A stretch of DNA of 13,743 nt, taken from Acidimicrobiia bacterium (GTDB taxonomy: Bacteria > Actinomycetota > Acidimicrobiia > Acidimicrobiales > JACDCH01). Both the position numbers and the translations under genes were made by a program. The stretch is from positions 1 through 13,743 of the forward strand of contig JANMIX010000472.1 of the NCBI GenBank assembly GCA_031376015.1, given 5' to 3'. A model generated the notes under the pieces. The model was given only the letters and a program-made list of their open reading frames with translations, was not told the origin of the DNA and ran no database searches. Numbering within the stretch: the first letter of the stretch is position 1; the number at the start of each line of letters is the position of its first letter. Of this stretch, positions 7,527-13,743 are shown one piece after another.

Positions 7527-8322
7527 ACCCCTCGAGTTGGCCGGCCGCAAGGTGCTGATCACCGGCGCATCGGCCGGGATCGGGGCCGCCCTGGCCCGCG
7601 CCTTCGCCGAGGCCGGTGCCGTGGTGGGGATCTGCGCCCGCCGCGAGGAGCGGCTGCAGCAGGTGCTGGACGACTGCCGAGTCCACAGCCCCGAGAGCCG
7701 GATGTGGGTGGTCGACCTTGCCGATCTCGACGGGATCGCCGACTTCGCCGCGCGGGCCGACGCGGAGATGGGCGGCATCGACATCCTGGTCAACAACGCC
7801 GGCATCCCCAAACGGCGCCACGTCCGCGAGTTGCGCACCGACGAGGTCGAACACACGATGCGGGTGAACTACTTCTCCCCGGTCCGCCTCACGCTGGCCT
7901 TGCTGGGCCCGATGGAGGCGCGGGGAGGGGGCCGGATCGTGACGGTGTCCTCGGTGGCGGCGCGTCTGGCCCCGCCCCATGAAGGTGCCTACGCGGCGAC
8001 CAAGGCTGCCCTGTCATCCTTCATGGAGGCGGCCGAGGTCGACATGGATGGCACCGGCGTGCACTTCCACCTGGTGAACCCGGGCGTATTCGACACCGAG
8101 TTGTTCACCATGCCCGACAACGAGCCGACGATGGCGCCCATCGAGATGCAGGCGCCCGAGGAGCTTGCGGCCGCGGTGATCACCCAGCTCCGTAACGGCG
8201 ACCTCGAGATCTACCTCCCCGAATGGTTCGGGCCCATCGGCGCCGACCGCCTGCGTGATCTCTCAGGTTTCATCGAGGGCACCAAGGCCTTCGCCCGCGA
8301 CCAGATGCGCGGCGCGTCCTGA
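7519..8322 (+). CDS. short-chain dehydrogenase/reductase (classical SDR)
   Basis: Rossmann motif VLITGASAGIGAALARAF, NNAG motif (LVNNAGIP), catalytic Ser (TVSSVAAR) and YxxxK (AYAATKAAL). The strong SD GAAGGAGA at 7503-7510 sits 8 nt before ATG 7519. This ATG overlaps the amine-oxidase stop (ATGCCTGA, 7519-7526), indicating translational coupling. Confidence 0.9.
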   Translation: MPEPLELAGRKVLITGASAGIGAALARAFAEAGAVVGICARREERLQQVLDDCRVHSPESRMWVVDLADLDGIADFAARADAEMGGIDILVNNAGIPKRRHVRELRTDEVEHTMRVNYFSPVRLTLALLGPMEARGGGRIVTVSSVAARLAPPHEGAYAATKAALSSFMEAAEVDMDGTGVHFHLVNPGVFDTELFTMPDNEPTMAPIEMQAPEELAAAVITQLRNGDLEIYLPEWFGPIGADRLRDLSGFIEGTKAFARDQMRGAS

Positions 8323-8323
8323 C

Positions 8324-9082
8324 TCAGCGGTCGCCCAGGACCGGGAACGCCGAGCGCACCTCGCGCACCCGTTGCGGGTCGACCTCCACGAACAACACCG
8401 CCTCCCCGGCGGTGTCACCGTCGACCAGCACCTCGCCCCAGGGATCCACCGCCAGCGAGTCGCCGCGGTAGTCGAGACCGCCGCCTTCTCCCACCCGGTT
8501 GGCAGCGACCACGTACGCCTGGTTCTCGATGGCCCGTGCCGGCACCAGTGCCCGCCAGTGGGCGCGCCGCGCGGGGGGCCACGACGCCACCAGCAGGTAG
8601 CAATCGGTGCCGGCGGCGGCGTCCCACCACTGATCGGCGAATCGCAGGTCGTAACAGATCATCGGGGTGCAACGGAGGCCCTCGACCTCGACGGTGATGG
8701 TGCCGGTTCCCCGTTCGTAGTGCTGGTCCTCCCCATCGTGAGTGAAGGTGTGCACCTTGCGGTAGCGGTGCACCGTGCCGTCGGGGCCGGCCAGCACGAA
8801 CACGTTGGCCGGACGGGTCGCACCGGGCGCCACCTCGGGCACCGATCCCGCAATCCACAGATCGTGCGCAGTGGCCATGGCCCGCATCCAGGTGGTGGTG
8901 GGCCCGTCCTCGGGTTCGGCCACGACGTCGGTCGCCAGCGTGAAGCCGACGGCGAACAACTCGGTGCACAGGGCCAGCCGAGCGCCACCGGCAGCGGCGC
9001 GGACCAGCAGTGGTTCGAGCGCGGCGAGGGTGCGGTCGCGGTCCTCCCAGGCGATGTCGTGCTGGAGGATGGCGATCTTCAC
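8324..9082 (-). CDS. carbon-nitrogen hydrolase, nitrilase superfamily (YafV/omega-amidase-like)
   Basis: 252 aa with the E-K-C catalytic triad in the canonical contexts LALCTELF (Glu), HRYRKVHTF (Lys) and MICYDLRFADQWW (Cys). GTG start at 9082. Its stop (8324-8326) is 1 nt from the convergent SDR stop (8320-8322). Confidence 0.85.
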   Translation of the reverse strand: MKIAILQHDIAWEDRDRTLAALEPLLVRAAAGGARLALCTELFAVGFTLATDVVAEPEDGPTTTWMRAMATAHDLWIAGSVPEVAPGATRPANVFVLAGPDGTVHRYRKVHTFTHDGEDQHYERGTGTITVEVEGLRCTPMICYDLRFADQWWDAAAGTDCYLLVASWPPARRAHWRALVPARAIENQAYVVAANRVGEGGGLDYRGDSLAVDPWGEVLVDGDTAGEAVLFVEVDPQRVREVRSAFPVLGDR

Positions 9083-9120
9083 TGTTGCAGTCTCACTGCT
9101 CGCTCCGCCTTGTCAACGGA

Positions 9121-10071
9121 TCAGCCCCTCCACCACAGCAACGAATCGGGATGCCGGCCCAGATCGAGCCACAGGTCGGGTGCGCGCAGGTGACCGAAGG
9201 TGGCCACGATGGTGGTGCCCAACACCTCAACGGAGGGCGGGTCGAGCAGCGTGGACCACCTGCGCCGGTTCCGGACGTCGTTGCCGTCGCGGGCGAGTAC
9301 GCCGAGCGCGGCGGCGTTGGCCGCGGCGGTGGCGTGGTCGCGATGTACCAACACGACCACCAGCAGGATTTCTTCGCCTTGGCGCAGGACGCCGGTGGCC
9401 GACGCCAGATACGGCTGCAGCGGGGGTGCCGCGGTGTACCGGGGATCGGCGGCGATGTCGGCGGGCAGCCGCCCGGGAGCCGCGTCCAGCGACAGCCGCG
9501 CCGCGAAGGCTCCGCGATCTTCGAGCAGCCCGGCCAGCAGCCGCACGAGATGGTCGCTTCCCACGTTGCGCGCCCGCGCGTTGTGCACGGCCGTGTCGAC
9601 TACGCCGCGCTCGGTGCCGGTGGCCCGGATGACGTAGCCGCCCTGTCGCCGAGCCCAGCCGCCGTCGACAGGCACGAGTCCGGTCGGAAGCGGTTCATCG
9701 GCATAGGGGTCCGCCACCTCCACCGAGTCCGCGCCGGTGGTGACGCTGGCGTCGGCGCGTACCGACGCCAAACCGCCCGGCAGCCCCAACGTGGCCGCGG
9801 TAGGTCGAAGGCCGAAGCGGGAGGTGAGGCGTAGTGAGTCGGCCACCGGGTCATCGGGAGGCCGGCCCGCTCCGTCGCCGTCGCGCGCCCGGGCGTAGTC
9901 CTGGACGATGATCTCCGAGGGCGTGGCCGCGCCGAGGGGCAAGCTGTCGAGCAGCGACTCCCAACCCCGGCTGCGTTCCGCCCGGCGATCGGCCGAGAGG
10001 CCCACCGCCAGCGCCGCCACGACAACCAAGGCCGGCAGGATGCGGCGCACAACGACGGTCGGTGCCCTCAT
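9121..10071 (-). CDS. hypothetical exported/membrane-anchored protein (N-terminal signal peptide or signal anchor)
   Basis: 316 aa. The N-terminus MRAPTVVVRRILPALVVVAALAVGLSADRR is a basic n-region plus hydrophobic core, i.e. signal-like. The rest has a protein-like composition (D/L/V/A-rich). It sits 27 nt downstream of the anti-sigma-like gene and 38 nt upstream of the C-N hydrolase on the same strand. No family recognised. The overlapping plus-strand ORF 9010..9834 is R/G-rich junk. Confidence 0.5.
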   Translation of the reverse strand: MRAPTVVVRRILPALVVVAALAVGLSADRRAERSRGWESLLDSLPLGAATPSEIIVQDYARARDGDGAGRPPDDPVADSLRLTSRFGLRPTAATLGLPGGLASVRADASVTTGADSVEVADPYADEPLPTGLVPVDGGWARRQGGYVIRATGTERGVVDTAVHNARARNVGSDHLVRLLAGLLEDRGAFAARLSLDAAPGRLPADIAADPRYTAAPPLQPYLASATGVLRQGEEILLVVVLVHRDHATAAANAAALGVLARDGNDVRNRRRWSTLLDPPSVEVLGTTIVATFGHLRAPDLWLDLGRHPDSLLWWRG

Positions 10072-10098
10072 CGCAGCGCGGTGCCGCGGCAGTTTCGG

Positions 10099-10935
10099 TC
10101 AGTCGTCGGCGCCGCTGTTGGGTCCGCCGCCGCCGTGCCCGCCACCGCCGTTCCCGGCACCGCCGTTCCCGGCACCGGTGCCGCCGCCGTTCCCGGCACC
10201 GGTGCCGGTGCCGCCGCCACCGGTGCCGCCGCCGTTCCCGCCGCCGCCGTGTCCGGCCCCCGAGCCGGTGCTCGAGACGTCATCGTCGGAGCTGCTGCTC
10301 CGGCCGCCGGAGGACCCGCTTCCGCCACCCCGACCCGAATTGCTGCTCGAGTGGGACGAGTTGGACGCACCACCGTTGTCGTCGGAGTGGCCATGGGACG
10401 ACCCTGAGTTCTCCGAGCGCCGGTCATCGTCGCCAACGCTGCCGCCTTCGCCGCGTCCGGAGCTGCCACTGCGGTCATCCCGGTTCGAGGACTGCCCGCC
10501 GCCGCGGTTCTCTGAGTTCCCGGCTCCGGGGTCCGAGTCCGTGCGGTGTGACGAGCGGTCGCTGCTCTCGGGTAAGTGGACCCCGACGTGTTCGACCGCC
10601 TGCGCTACTGCATCCTGTACGGGTGCCGGCAGTCGGTTGGCGGCGGCAGCCACCCCGGTGGCAGCGAAAAGTACCGAGGCGCTCACCGCAGCGATCTTGG
10701 CGATGAAGAGCCGAGAACCCTGCGACCGCCCGCCGAGGGCCCCCTCCACCATGGCGAGGAGCAACTCCTCCGGAGGCGAGGCACTGGTCGACGGCAGCGT
10801 CCCGGCGCGACCAAGAAGCGCAGCGACCTCCTCCAGACCGGGCGTCTCACGCGAGGGAGTCCGCCCGGCCAGGAGGTCCGCCACCATCTCATCATCGAGG
10901 AGGGGTTCGGGCTCTGGCATCTCATTGGGACTCAT
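10099..10935 (-). CDS. sigma-factor-coupled single-pass membrane protein with G/S/N/D/H-rich low-complexity C-terminal tail (candidate atypical anti-sigma factor)
   Basis: The ATG at 10933-10935 overlaps the ECF sigma stop (ATGA at 10932-10935). Layout: ~100-aa acidic N-domain (MSPNEMPEPEPLLDDEMVADLLAGRTPSRETPGLEEVAALL...), one TM helix (LFIAKIAAVSASVLFAATGVAAAA), then ~190 aa of disordered Gly/Ser/Asn/Asp/Arg/His-rich sequence (...SHGHSDDNGGASNSSHSSSNSGRGGGSGSSGG...GHGGGGNGGGTGGGGTGTGAGNGGGTGAGNGG...). The N-domain has no Cys or HxxxCxxC zinc-finger anti-sigma motif. The track ORF extends further 5' to 11292 but that extension overlaps the sigma gene and is discounted. Strand choice over the antisense Pro-rich ORF (9908..10945 +) rests on the ATGA coupling, the TM helix and preferred Gly/Asn codons (GGC/AAC) versus rare GCA/CCA on the other strand. 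Confidence 0.55.
   Translation of the reverse strand: MSPNEMPEPEPLLDDEMVADLLAGRTPSRETPGLEEVAALLGRAGTLPSTSASPPEELLLAMVEGALGGRSQGSRLFIAKIAAVSASVLFAATGVAAAANRLPAPVQDAVAQAVEHVGVHLPESSDRSSHRTDSDPGAGNSENRGGGQSSNRDDRSGSSGRGEGGSVGDDDRRSENSGSSHGHSDDNGGASNSSHSSSNSGRGGGSGSSGGRSSSSDDDVSSTGSGAGHGGGGNGGGTGGGGTGTGAGNGGGTGAGNGGAGNGGGGHGGGGPNSGADD
10120..10256. repeat. imperfect GC-rich tandem repeat array (unit ~15-24 nt, e.g. CGCCGTTCCCGGCACC / GGTGCCGCCGCCGTTCCCGGCACC) within the coding tail of the anti-sigma-like gene
   Basis: CGCCGTTCCCGGCAC occurs back-to-back at 10147-10176, followed by GGTGCCGCCGCCGTTCCCGGCACC and GGTGCCGGTGCCGCCGCCACCGGTGCCGCCGCCGTTCCCGCC variants. On the minus strand this encodes the (G)nNGGGTG-type low-complexity repeats. 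Confidence 0.7.
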
Positions 10936-11546
10936 CGCTCGGTGATCCCTTCGCGTTGCGTTCCGTCGGAAAGAATTTTGGCCAGCCGTCGCAGGGCCCG
11001 GTGCTGTTGGACCCGCACCGCTCCGGGGCTGCGCCCGATGATGGCGGCGACCTGCTCCACCGGGAGGTCGGCAACGACTCGCAGAAGGACAATTTCCGCA
11101 TCCTCGGGGCTCAACAAGGAGACGATCCGCCGGGCGGCGTCGTCGCCCAGTTTTCCCTCCATTGCCTGGTGCTCGGCGCTGGACACGGTCGGGGCCGGCA
11201 CCGATTCCGGTGCGGTCGCGGTGGCGGGAACCCGCCGGCCGGTGCGGCGTCGATGGTCGATGATGCGACGACGGGCAATGGTGTAGAGCCACCCTCGGAA
11301 CTGGTCCTCGTCCCCGGAGAAGCCGCGAAGCGTCCGGGCGGCGGCGATCCAGGTCTCCGATCCGAGGTCCTCGGCGTCGTCGGGGACCTGTGCCCTCAGA
11401 AAGCGCAGCAGACGTGGATTGTGTGAGCGGTACAACTCTGCCAGCGCGAACTCGTCGCCGGCCCGGGCGGCGTCGAGCAGGTGAGCGAAGGTGTCGTCCG
11501 GCACAGTCGCATCAGTGTGCCCGCGATCGAGTCTCCGCGAGGTCAA
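10932..11546 (-). CDS. ECF (group IV) sigma-70 family RNA polymerase sigma factor
   Basis: Region 2: ELYRSHNPRLLRFLRAQVPDDAEDLGSETWIAAARTLRGFSGDEDQFRGWLYTIARRRIIDHRRR. Region 4 helix-turn-helix: LSPEDAEIVLLRVVADLPVEQVAAIIGRSPGAVRVQQHRALRRLAKIL. The TTG start at 11544-11546 overlaps the narK stop (TTGA); an SD-like GGAGGAA (complement of 11561-11567) lies 14 nt upstream. The alternative GTG at 11504 gives MPDDTFAHLL... Confidence 0.85.
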   Translation of the reverse strand: MTSRRLDRGHTDATVPDDTFAHLLDAARAGDEFALAELYRSHNPRLLRFLRAQVPDDAEDLGSETWIAAARTLRGFSGDEDQFRGWLYTIARRRIIDHRRRTGRRVPATATAPESVPAPTVSSAEHQAMEGKLGDDAARRIVSLLSPEDAEIVLLRVVADLPVEQVAAIIGRSPGAVRVQQHRALRRLAKILSDGTQREGITER

Positions 11547-13216
11547 CCGGCGGTGGTGAGTTCCTCCATCTCGTCGACACGGTCGGTGAGCTCGGCGCCC
11601 ACTGCGGCCGGGGTATGCGAGGAGTGCACGCCGGCTTCGGCGCTGACTCCTCCGATCGACGCATGCAGCGAATCCACGTTTGGTAGCCAGCGGCTCAGTA
11701 CCGCCACCGCCGCGGCGCCGGCCGCCACCACCAGAAACAGGACGTTGGCGTCATTGTCGGTGAAGAACAGCACCGAGGAGAACGCCACGCCGCCGATGTT
11801 CCCGTAGGAACCGGCCAGTCCGGCGATCTGGCCACCGACCGGCTTGTGGATCTGGGGGACCATGGCGAAGATGGCGCCGTTGCCACCCTGCACGAACACC
11901 GAGGCCAGGGCCACCACGCCGATGCCCGCCACCAGTGGCCAAGCGGCGGAGAGCTGTGACATCACCAGGAACGCCAACGAGGTGCCCACCAGCGCGCCGA
12001 CCACGACCTTGCGCCGGTTCCCCGACATGTCCGAGAGAATGCCTCCCCCCGGTCGCGTGACCAGATTGGTGAAGGCGAACGCGCTCCCGGCCGCGCCGGC
12101 CGCCGCGATCTCGAGGCCGAAGGTCTGGGCGAAGAAGGTCGGCAGCAACGACACCACCGCCAGTTCCGCGCCGAAGGTGATGCCGTAGCCCAAGGACAGC
12201 AGGGCCACGGGAGTGAAGGGGTACTGGTGGTCGGCGGGCTCGCCTCGTAGGACGCCGGCGTTGACCCGCACCACGTTGCCGATCAGGTAGGCCAGCAGCA
12301 GGGCCAAGGCGCCGCAGCTCAACCAGAAGCCCCCGACCGACATCACGCCGTTGTCGTAGATCCGCCACGCCACGATGACCAGGATCCCGGCGATGGGTAC
12401 CTGCATCGCACACAGGGCGGCCACCGCCCCCTTGGAGCCGACCGGCAGAGCCCCCTTGCGGGCGGGACGCAGATACGTGACTCCCTCGGGGGTATCGGTG
12501 ACGGCGAACCAGTAGATGAGGCCGTAGACGCCGGCGACGATGCCGGCGACGAAGATGCCCCAACGCCATGCCCCGGCGCCGCCCCCCAGTGAAGTGGCGA
12601 GCACCGGCAGGGCGAGGGCCGCACCGGCGGAGCCGAAGTTGCCCCACCCGCCGTAGATGCCTTCTGCGGTGCCCAGATCCTCCTTGGGGAACCACTCCGA
12701 CACCATGCGGATACCGACCACGAATCCGGCGCCCACGATGCCCAGCAGCAGACGGCTCACCACCATGGCGGTGAAGGAATGGGCAGTGGCGAAGATCGTG
12801 TTGGGGATCACCGCGAACATGAGGGTGGCGGCATACATGCGCCGCGGGCCTATGCGGTCGAGCAGCGAGCCGATGAAGACCCTGGCGGGCACGGTCAGTG
12901 CCAGGTTGCACAACGTCAGGGTGATCATCTGCGCCTTCGTGAAGCCCAGCTCGTGTTGGATCGCCACCGCGAAGGGCGCCATGTCGAACCAGACGACGAA
13001 GCTCAAGAAGAAGGCGAGTGTCGTGAGGTGAAGGACTCGGCTCGGGCCCCTGAACGAAGCCAGGGGTGAGAGCCGTTGCCGGAGGGTTCGGGAGTTGGCC
13101 ACGGCGTGAGAGTGCGTGATGGCCGTTTCGGGCGGGTCTCTCCAACATGGCCACTGGTTGACGCGTCGCTCTCGCGGTGACTGCGGCCCTTGTGAGGATC
13201 CCGTCAAGACGCGCAT
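11543..13216 (-). CDS. narK: nitrate/nitrite transporter, MFS NNP family (NarK-type)
   Basis: Twelve-helix-like hydrophobic profile. Both NNP signature motifs are present: GIYGGWGNFGSAGAA (TM5) and AGLAGSYGNIGGVAFS (TM11). The N-terminal QWPCWRDPPE resembles the conserved W-R/D-P-E-D motif preceding TM1 in NarK proteins. This favours ATG 13216 (MRVLTGSS...) over the internal GTG 13102. The track's longer ORF to 13717 has a non-transporter-like N-terminus and is discounted. Confidence 0.85.
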   Translation of the reverse strand: MRVLTGSSQGPQSPRERRVNQWPCWRDPPETAITHSHAVANSRTLRQRLSPLASFRGPSRVLHLTTLAFFLSFVVWFDMAPFAVAIQHELGFTKAQMITLTLCNLALTVPARVFIGSLLDRIGPRRMYAATLMFAVIPNTIFATAHSFTAMVVSRLLLGIVGAGFVVGIRMVSEWFPKEDLGTAEGIYGGWGNFGSAGAALALPVLATSLGGGAGAWRWGIFVAGIVAGVYGLIYWFAVTDTPEGVTYLRPARKGALPVGSKGAVAALCAMQVPIAGILVIVAWRIYDNGVMSVGGFWLSCGALALLLAYLIGNVVRVNAGVLRGEPADHQYPFTPVALLSLGYGITFGAELAVVSLLPTFFAQTFGLEIAAAGAAGSAFAFTNLVTRPGGGILSDMSGNRRKVVVGALVGTSLAFLVMSQLSAAWPLVAGIGVVALASVFVQGGNGAIFAMVPQIHKPVGGQIAGLAGSYGNIGGVAFSSVLFFTDNDANVLFLVVAAGAAAVAVLSRWLPNVDSLHASIGGVSAEAGVHSSHTPAAVGAELTDRVDEMEELTTAG

Positions 13217-13285
13217 CAGGAAGCCGTCGCCCAACCGACACAAGCCGTCGGTCCGCCCGAAACCGGCTTCGCCCATGATCCCCGG
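13217..13285. promoter_or_regulatory. 69-bp divergent intergenic region between narK and the hemD-like gene (expected site of overlapping promoters / N-regulator binding)
   Basis: Bounded by the narK ATG (complement of 13214-13216) and the hemD-like ATG (13286). It contains GTCGGtccgccCGAAAC (13247-13263), a partial match to the actinobacterial GlnR box GTnAC-n6-GnAAC (b-site GAAAC good, a-site poor). Confidence 0.3.
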
Positions 13286-13743
13286 ATGGACCCGCTGGCA
13301 GGATGGACCGTTGCCGTGACGGCGCGCCGGCGCGCCGAGGAGCAGGCCTCGATGCTTCGCGGCCGGGGTGCGGCGGTCCTGCTGGCCCCCACGGTGCAGA
13401 CCGACTCGGTGGCCGAGGAACTCGTGCACGCCGCCACTGTCGAGTTGTTGCGGTCGCCCCCAGACCTGCTGGTGGCCAGCACCGCGGTGGGTATGCGGGC
13501 CTGGATCGCGCTCGCGTGGTCGTGGGGATTGGGCGGCGATCTGCTCGAGGTGCTCGAGCACAGCGGGCGCCTCGCCCGGGGCGCCAAGGCCGCCGGTGCA
13601 CTCGCCGCCGAAGGTCTGGCGCCGCACTGGCGGGCCACCAGCGAACGCCTCGACGAGGTGGGCGAGGAGTTGTTGCGGCGGGGTGTGAAGGGTCAGCGGA
13701 TCGCGGTGCAGGTACACGGCACCGACACGGACGCCTTCATCGA
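13286..13743 (+). CDS. HemD (uroporphyrinogen-III synthase)-like domain protein, 3' end outside window; candidate NnaR-type nitrate/nitrite assimilation regulator
   Basis: Not in the ORF track because it runs off the window. ATG at 13286 with an in-frame TGA ~95 nt upstream and no earlier start. Translation MDPLAGWTVAVTARRRAEEQASMLRGRGAAVLLAPTVQTDSVAEELVHAATVELLRSPPDLLVASTAVGMRAWIALAWSWGLGGDLLEVL... matches the HemD N-terminal pattern (LxGxxVxVTRxxxQAxxLxxxLxxxGAxV...P...I; DWLVFTSANAV ~ DLLVASTAVGM). Its position divergent to narK matches the known narK-nnaR/Rv0260c-type synteny. A C-terminal DNA-binding domain cannot be seen. Confidence 0.6.
   Translation, partial: MDPLAGWTVAVTARRRAEEQASMLRGRGAAVLLAPTVQTDSVAEELVHAATVELLRSPPDLLVASTAVGMRAWIALAWSWGLGGDLLEVLEHSGRLARGAKAAGALAAEGLAPHWRATSERLDEVGEELLRRGVKGQRIAVQVHGTDTDAFI

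Noticed and set aside
8255-9834. Plus-strand ORFs 8255..9193, 8775..9632, 9010..9834
   Set aside because: They are antisense to the nitrilase-family and exported-protein genes. Their composition is dominated by R/G/A/P and they carry no recognisable motifs.
10075-10088. Short hairpin GCGCGG-tg-CCGCGG between the anti-sigma-like and exported-protein genes
   Set aside because: A 2-nt loop is sterically implausible for a terminator, and GC-rich palindromic hexamers are common by chance in this composition.
9908-10945. 345-aa plus-strand Pro-rich ORF (PPPFPAPPFPAPVPPPFP...) overlapping the anti-sigma-like gene
   Set aside because: It is the reverse-complement reading of the Gly-rich GGN repeats. 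It uses rare GCA/CCA codons, and its remaining sequence is S/R/P-rich junk. It would also overlap the exported-protein start. The minus-strand gene is supported by ATGA coupling to the sigma factor and a TM helix. Some ambiguity remains.
11556-11567. Possible ECF-type promoter (GGAAC...) for the sigma factor inside the narK 3' end
   Set aside because: The GGAAC (complement of 11560-11564) is only ~14 nt from the TTG start and is better read as part of an SD-like GGAGGAA. No convincing CGTC/-10 element lies at the proper spacing for either candidate start.
11751-13601. 616-aa minus-strand alternative frame over narK
   Set aside because: R/G/P-rich translation with no hydrophobic helices. The narK frame carries both NNP signature motifs.
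1-13743. Looked for tRNA/rRNA genes, CRISPR repeats, IS elements/transposases, integrases, toxin-antitoxin pairs and phage-defence genes
   Set aside because: All intergenic regions are under 140 nt and contain no cloverleaf-like or repeat-spacer structure. No ORF shows transposase, integrase, nuclease/ATPase defence or TA signatures.

Overview
High-GC (actinobacterial-type) chromosomal segment with 14 protein-coding genes in three blocks, and no rRNA, tRNA, CRISPR array or mobile element that I could support. Coordinates are from the supplied ORF track; positions I derived by hand may be off by 1-2 nt.

Block 1 (membrane/lipid housekeeping): the 3' end of an alpha/beta-hydrolase gene, then a long flotillin/SPFH-domain membrane protein immediately followed by a TesB-type acyl-CoA thioesterase II. 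Converging on these from the minus strand are a DUF455-type ferritin-like (two ExxH) protein and, upstream of it, an NTF2/SnoaL-like protein.

Block 2 (plus strand): a PAS + degenerate-GGDEF protein (A-site EADRF instead of GG[DE]EF, I-site RxxD kept), then a cytoplasmic copper/topaquinone primary-amine oxidase (NYEY TPQ motif, HxH copper ligands) resembling the Arthrobacter globiformis phenylethylamine oxidase. An SDR oxidoreductase is translationally coupled to it (ATGCCTGA overlap).

Block 3 is a minus-strand run of five genes. A NarK-type nitrate/nitrite MFS transporter with both NNP signature motifs comes first. Its stop overlaps the start of an ECF sigma-70 factor. The sigma's stop in turn overlaps (ATGA) the start of a single-pass membrane protein that has no zinc-finger anti-sigma motif but carries a ~190-aa G/S/N/D/H-rich disordered tail encoded by GC-rich tandem repeats. 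That gene is followed by a signal-peptide hypothetical protein and a nitrilase-superfamily (E-K-C) C-N hydrolase, whose 3' end sits 1 nt from the convergent SDR gene. At the right edge a HemD (uroporphyrinogen-III synthase)-like gene starts 69 bp divergently from narK, matching the actinobacterial narK-nnaR arrangement.

The most interesting candidates for uncharacterised biology are the ECF-sigma / atypical low-complexity membrane partner / exported protein / C-N hydrolase cluster, the degenerate-GGDEF c-di-GMP receptor candidate next to the amine-oxidase module, and the DUF455 + NTF2-like pair. Several perfect palindromes and direct repeats sit in promoter-proximal gaps. Most long ORFs in the track are antisense artefacts of high GC content.
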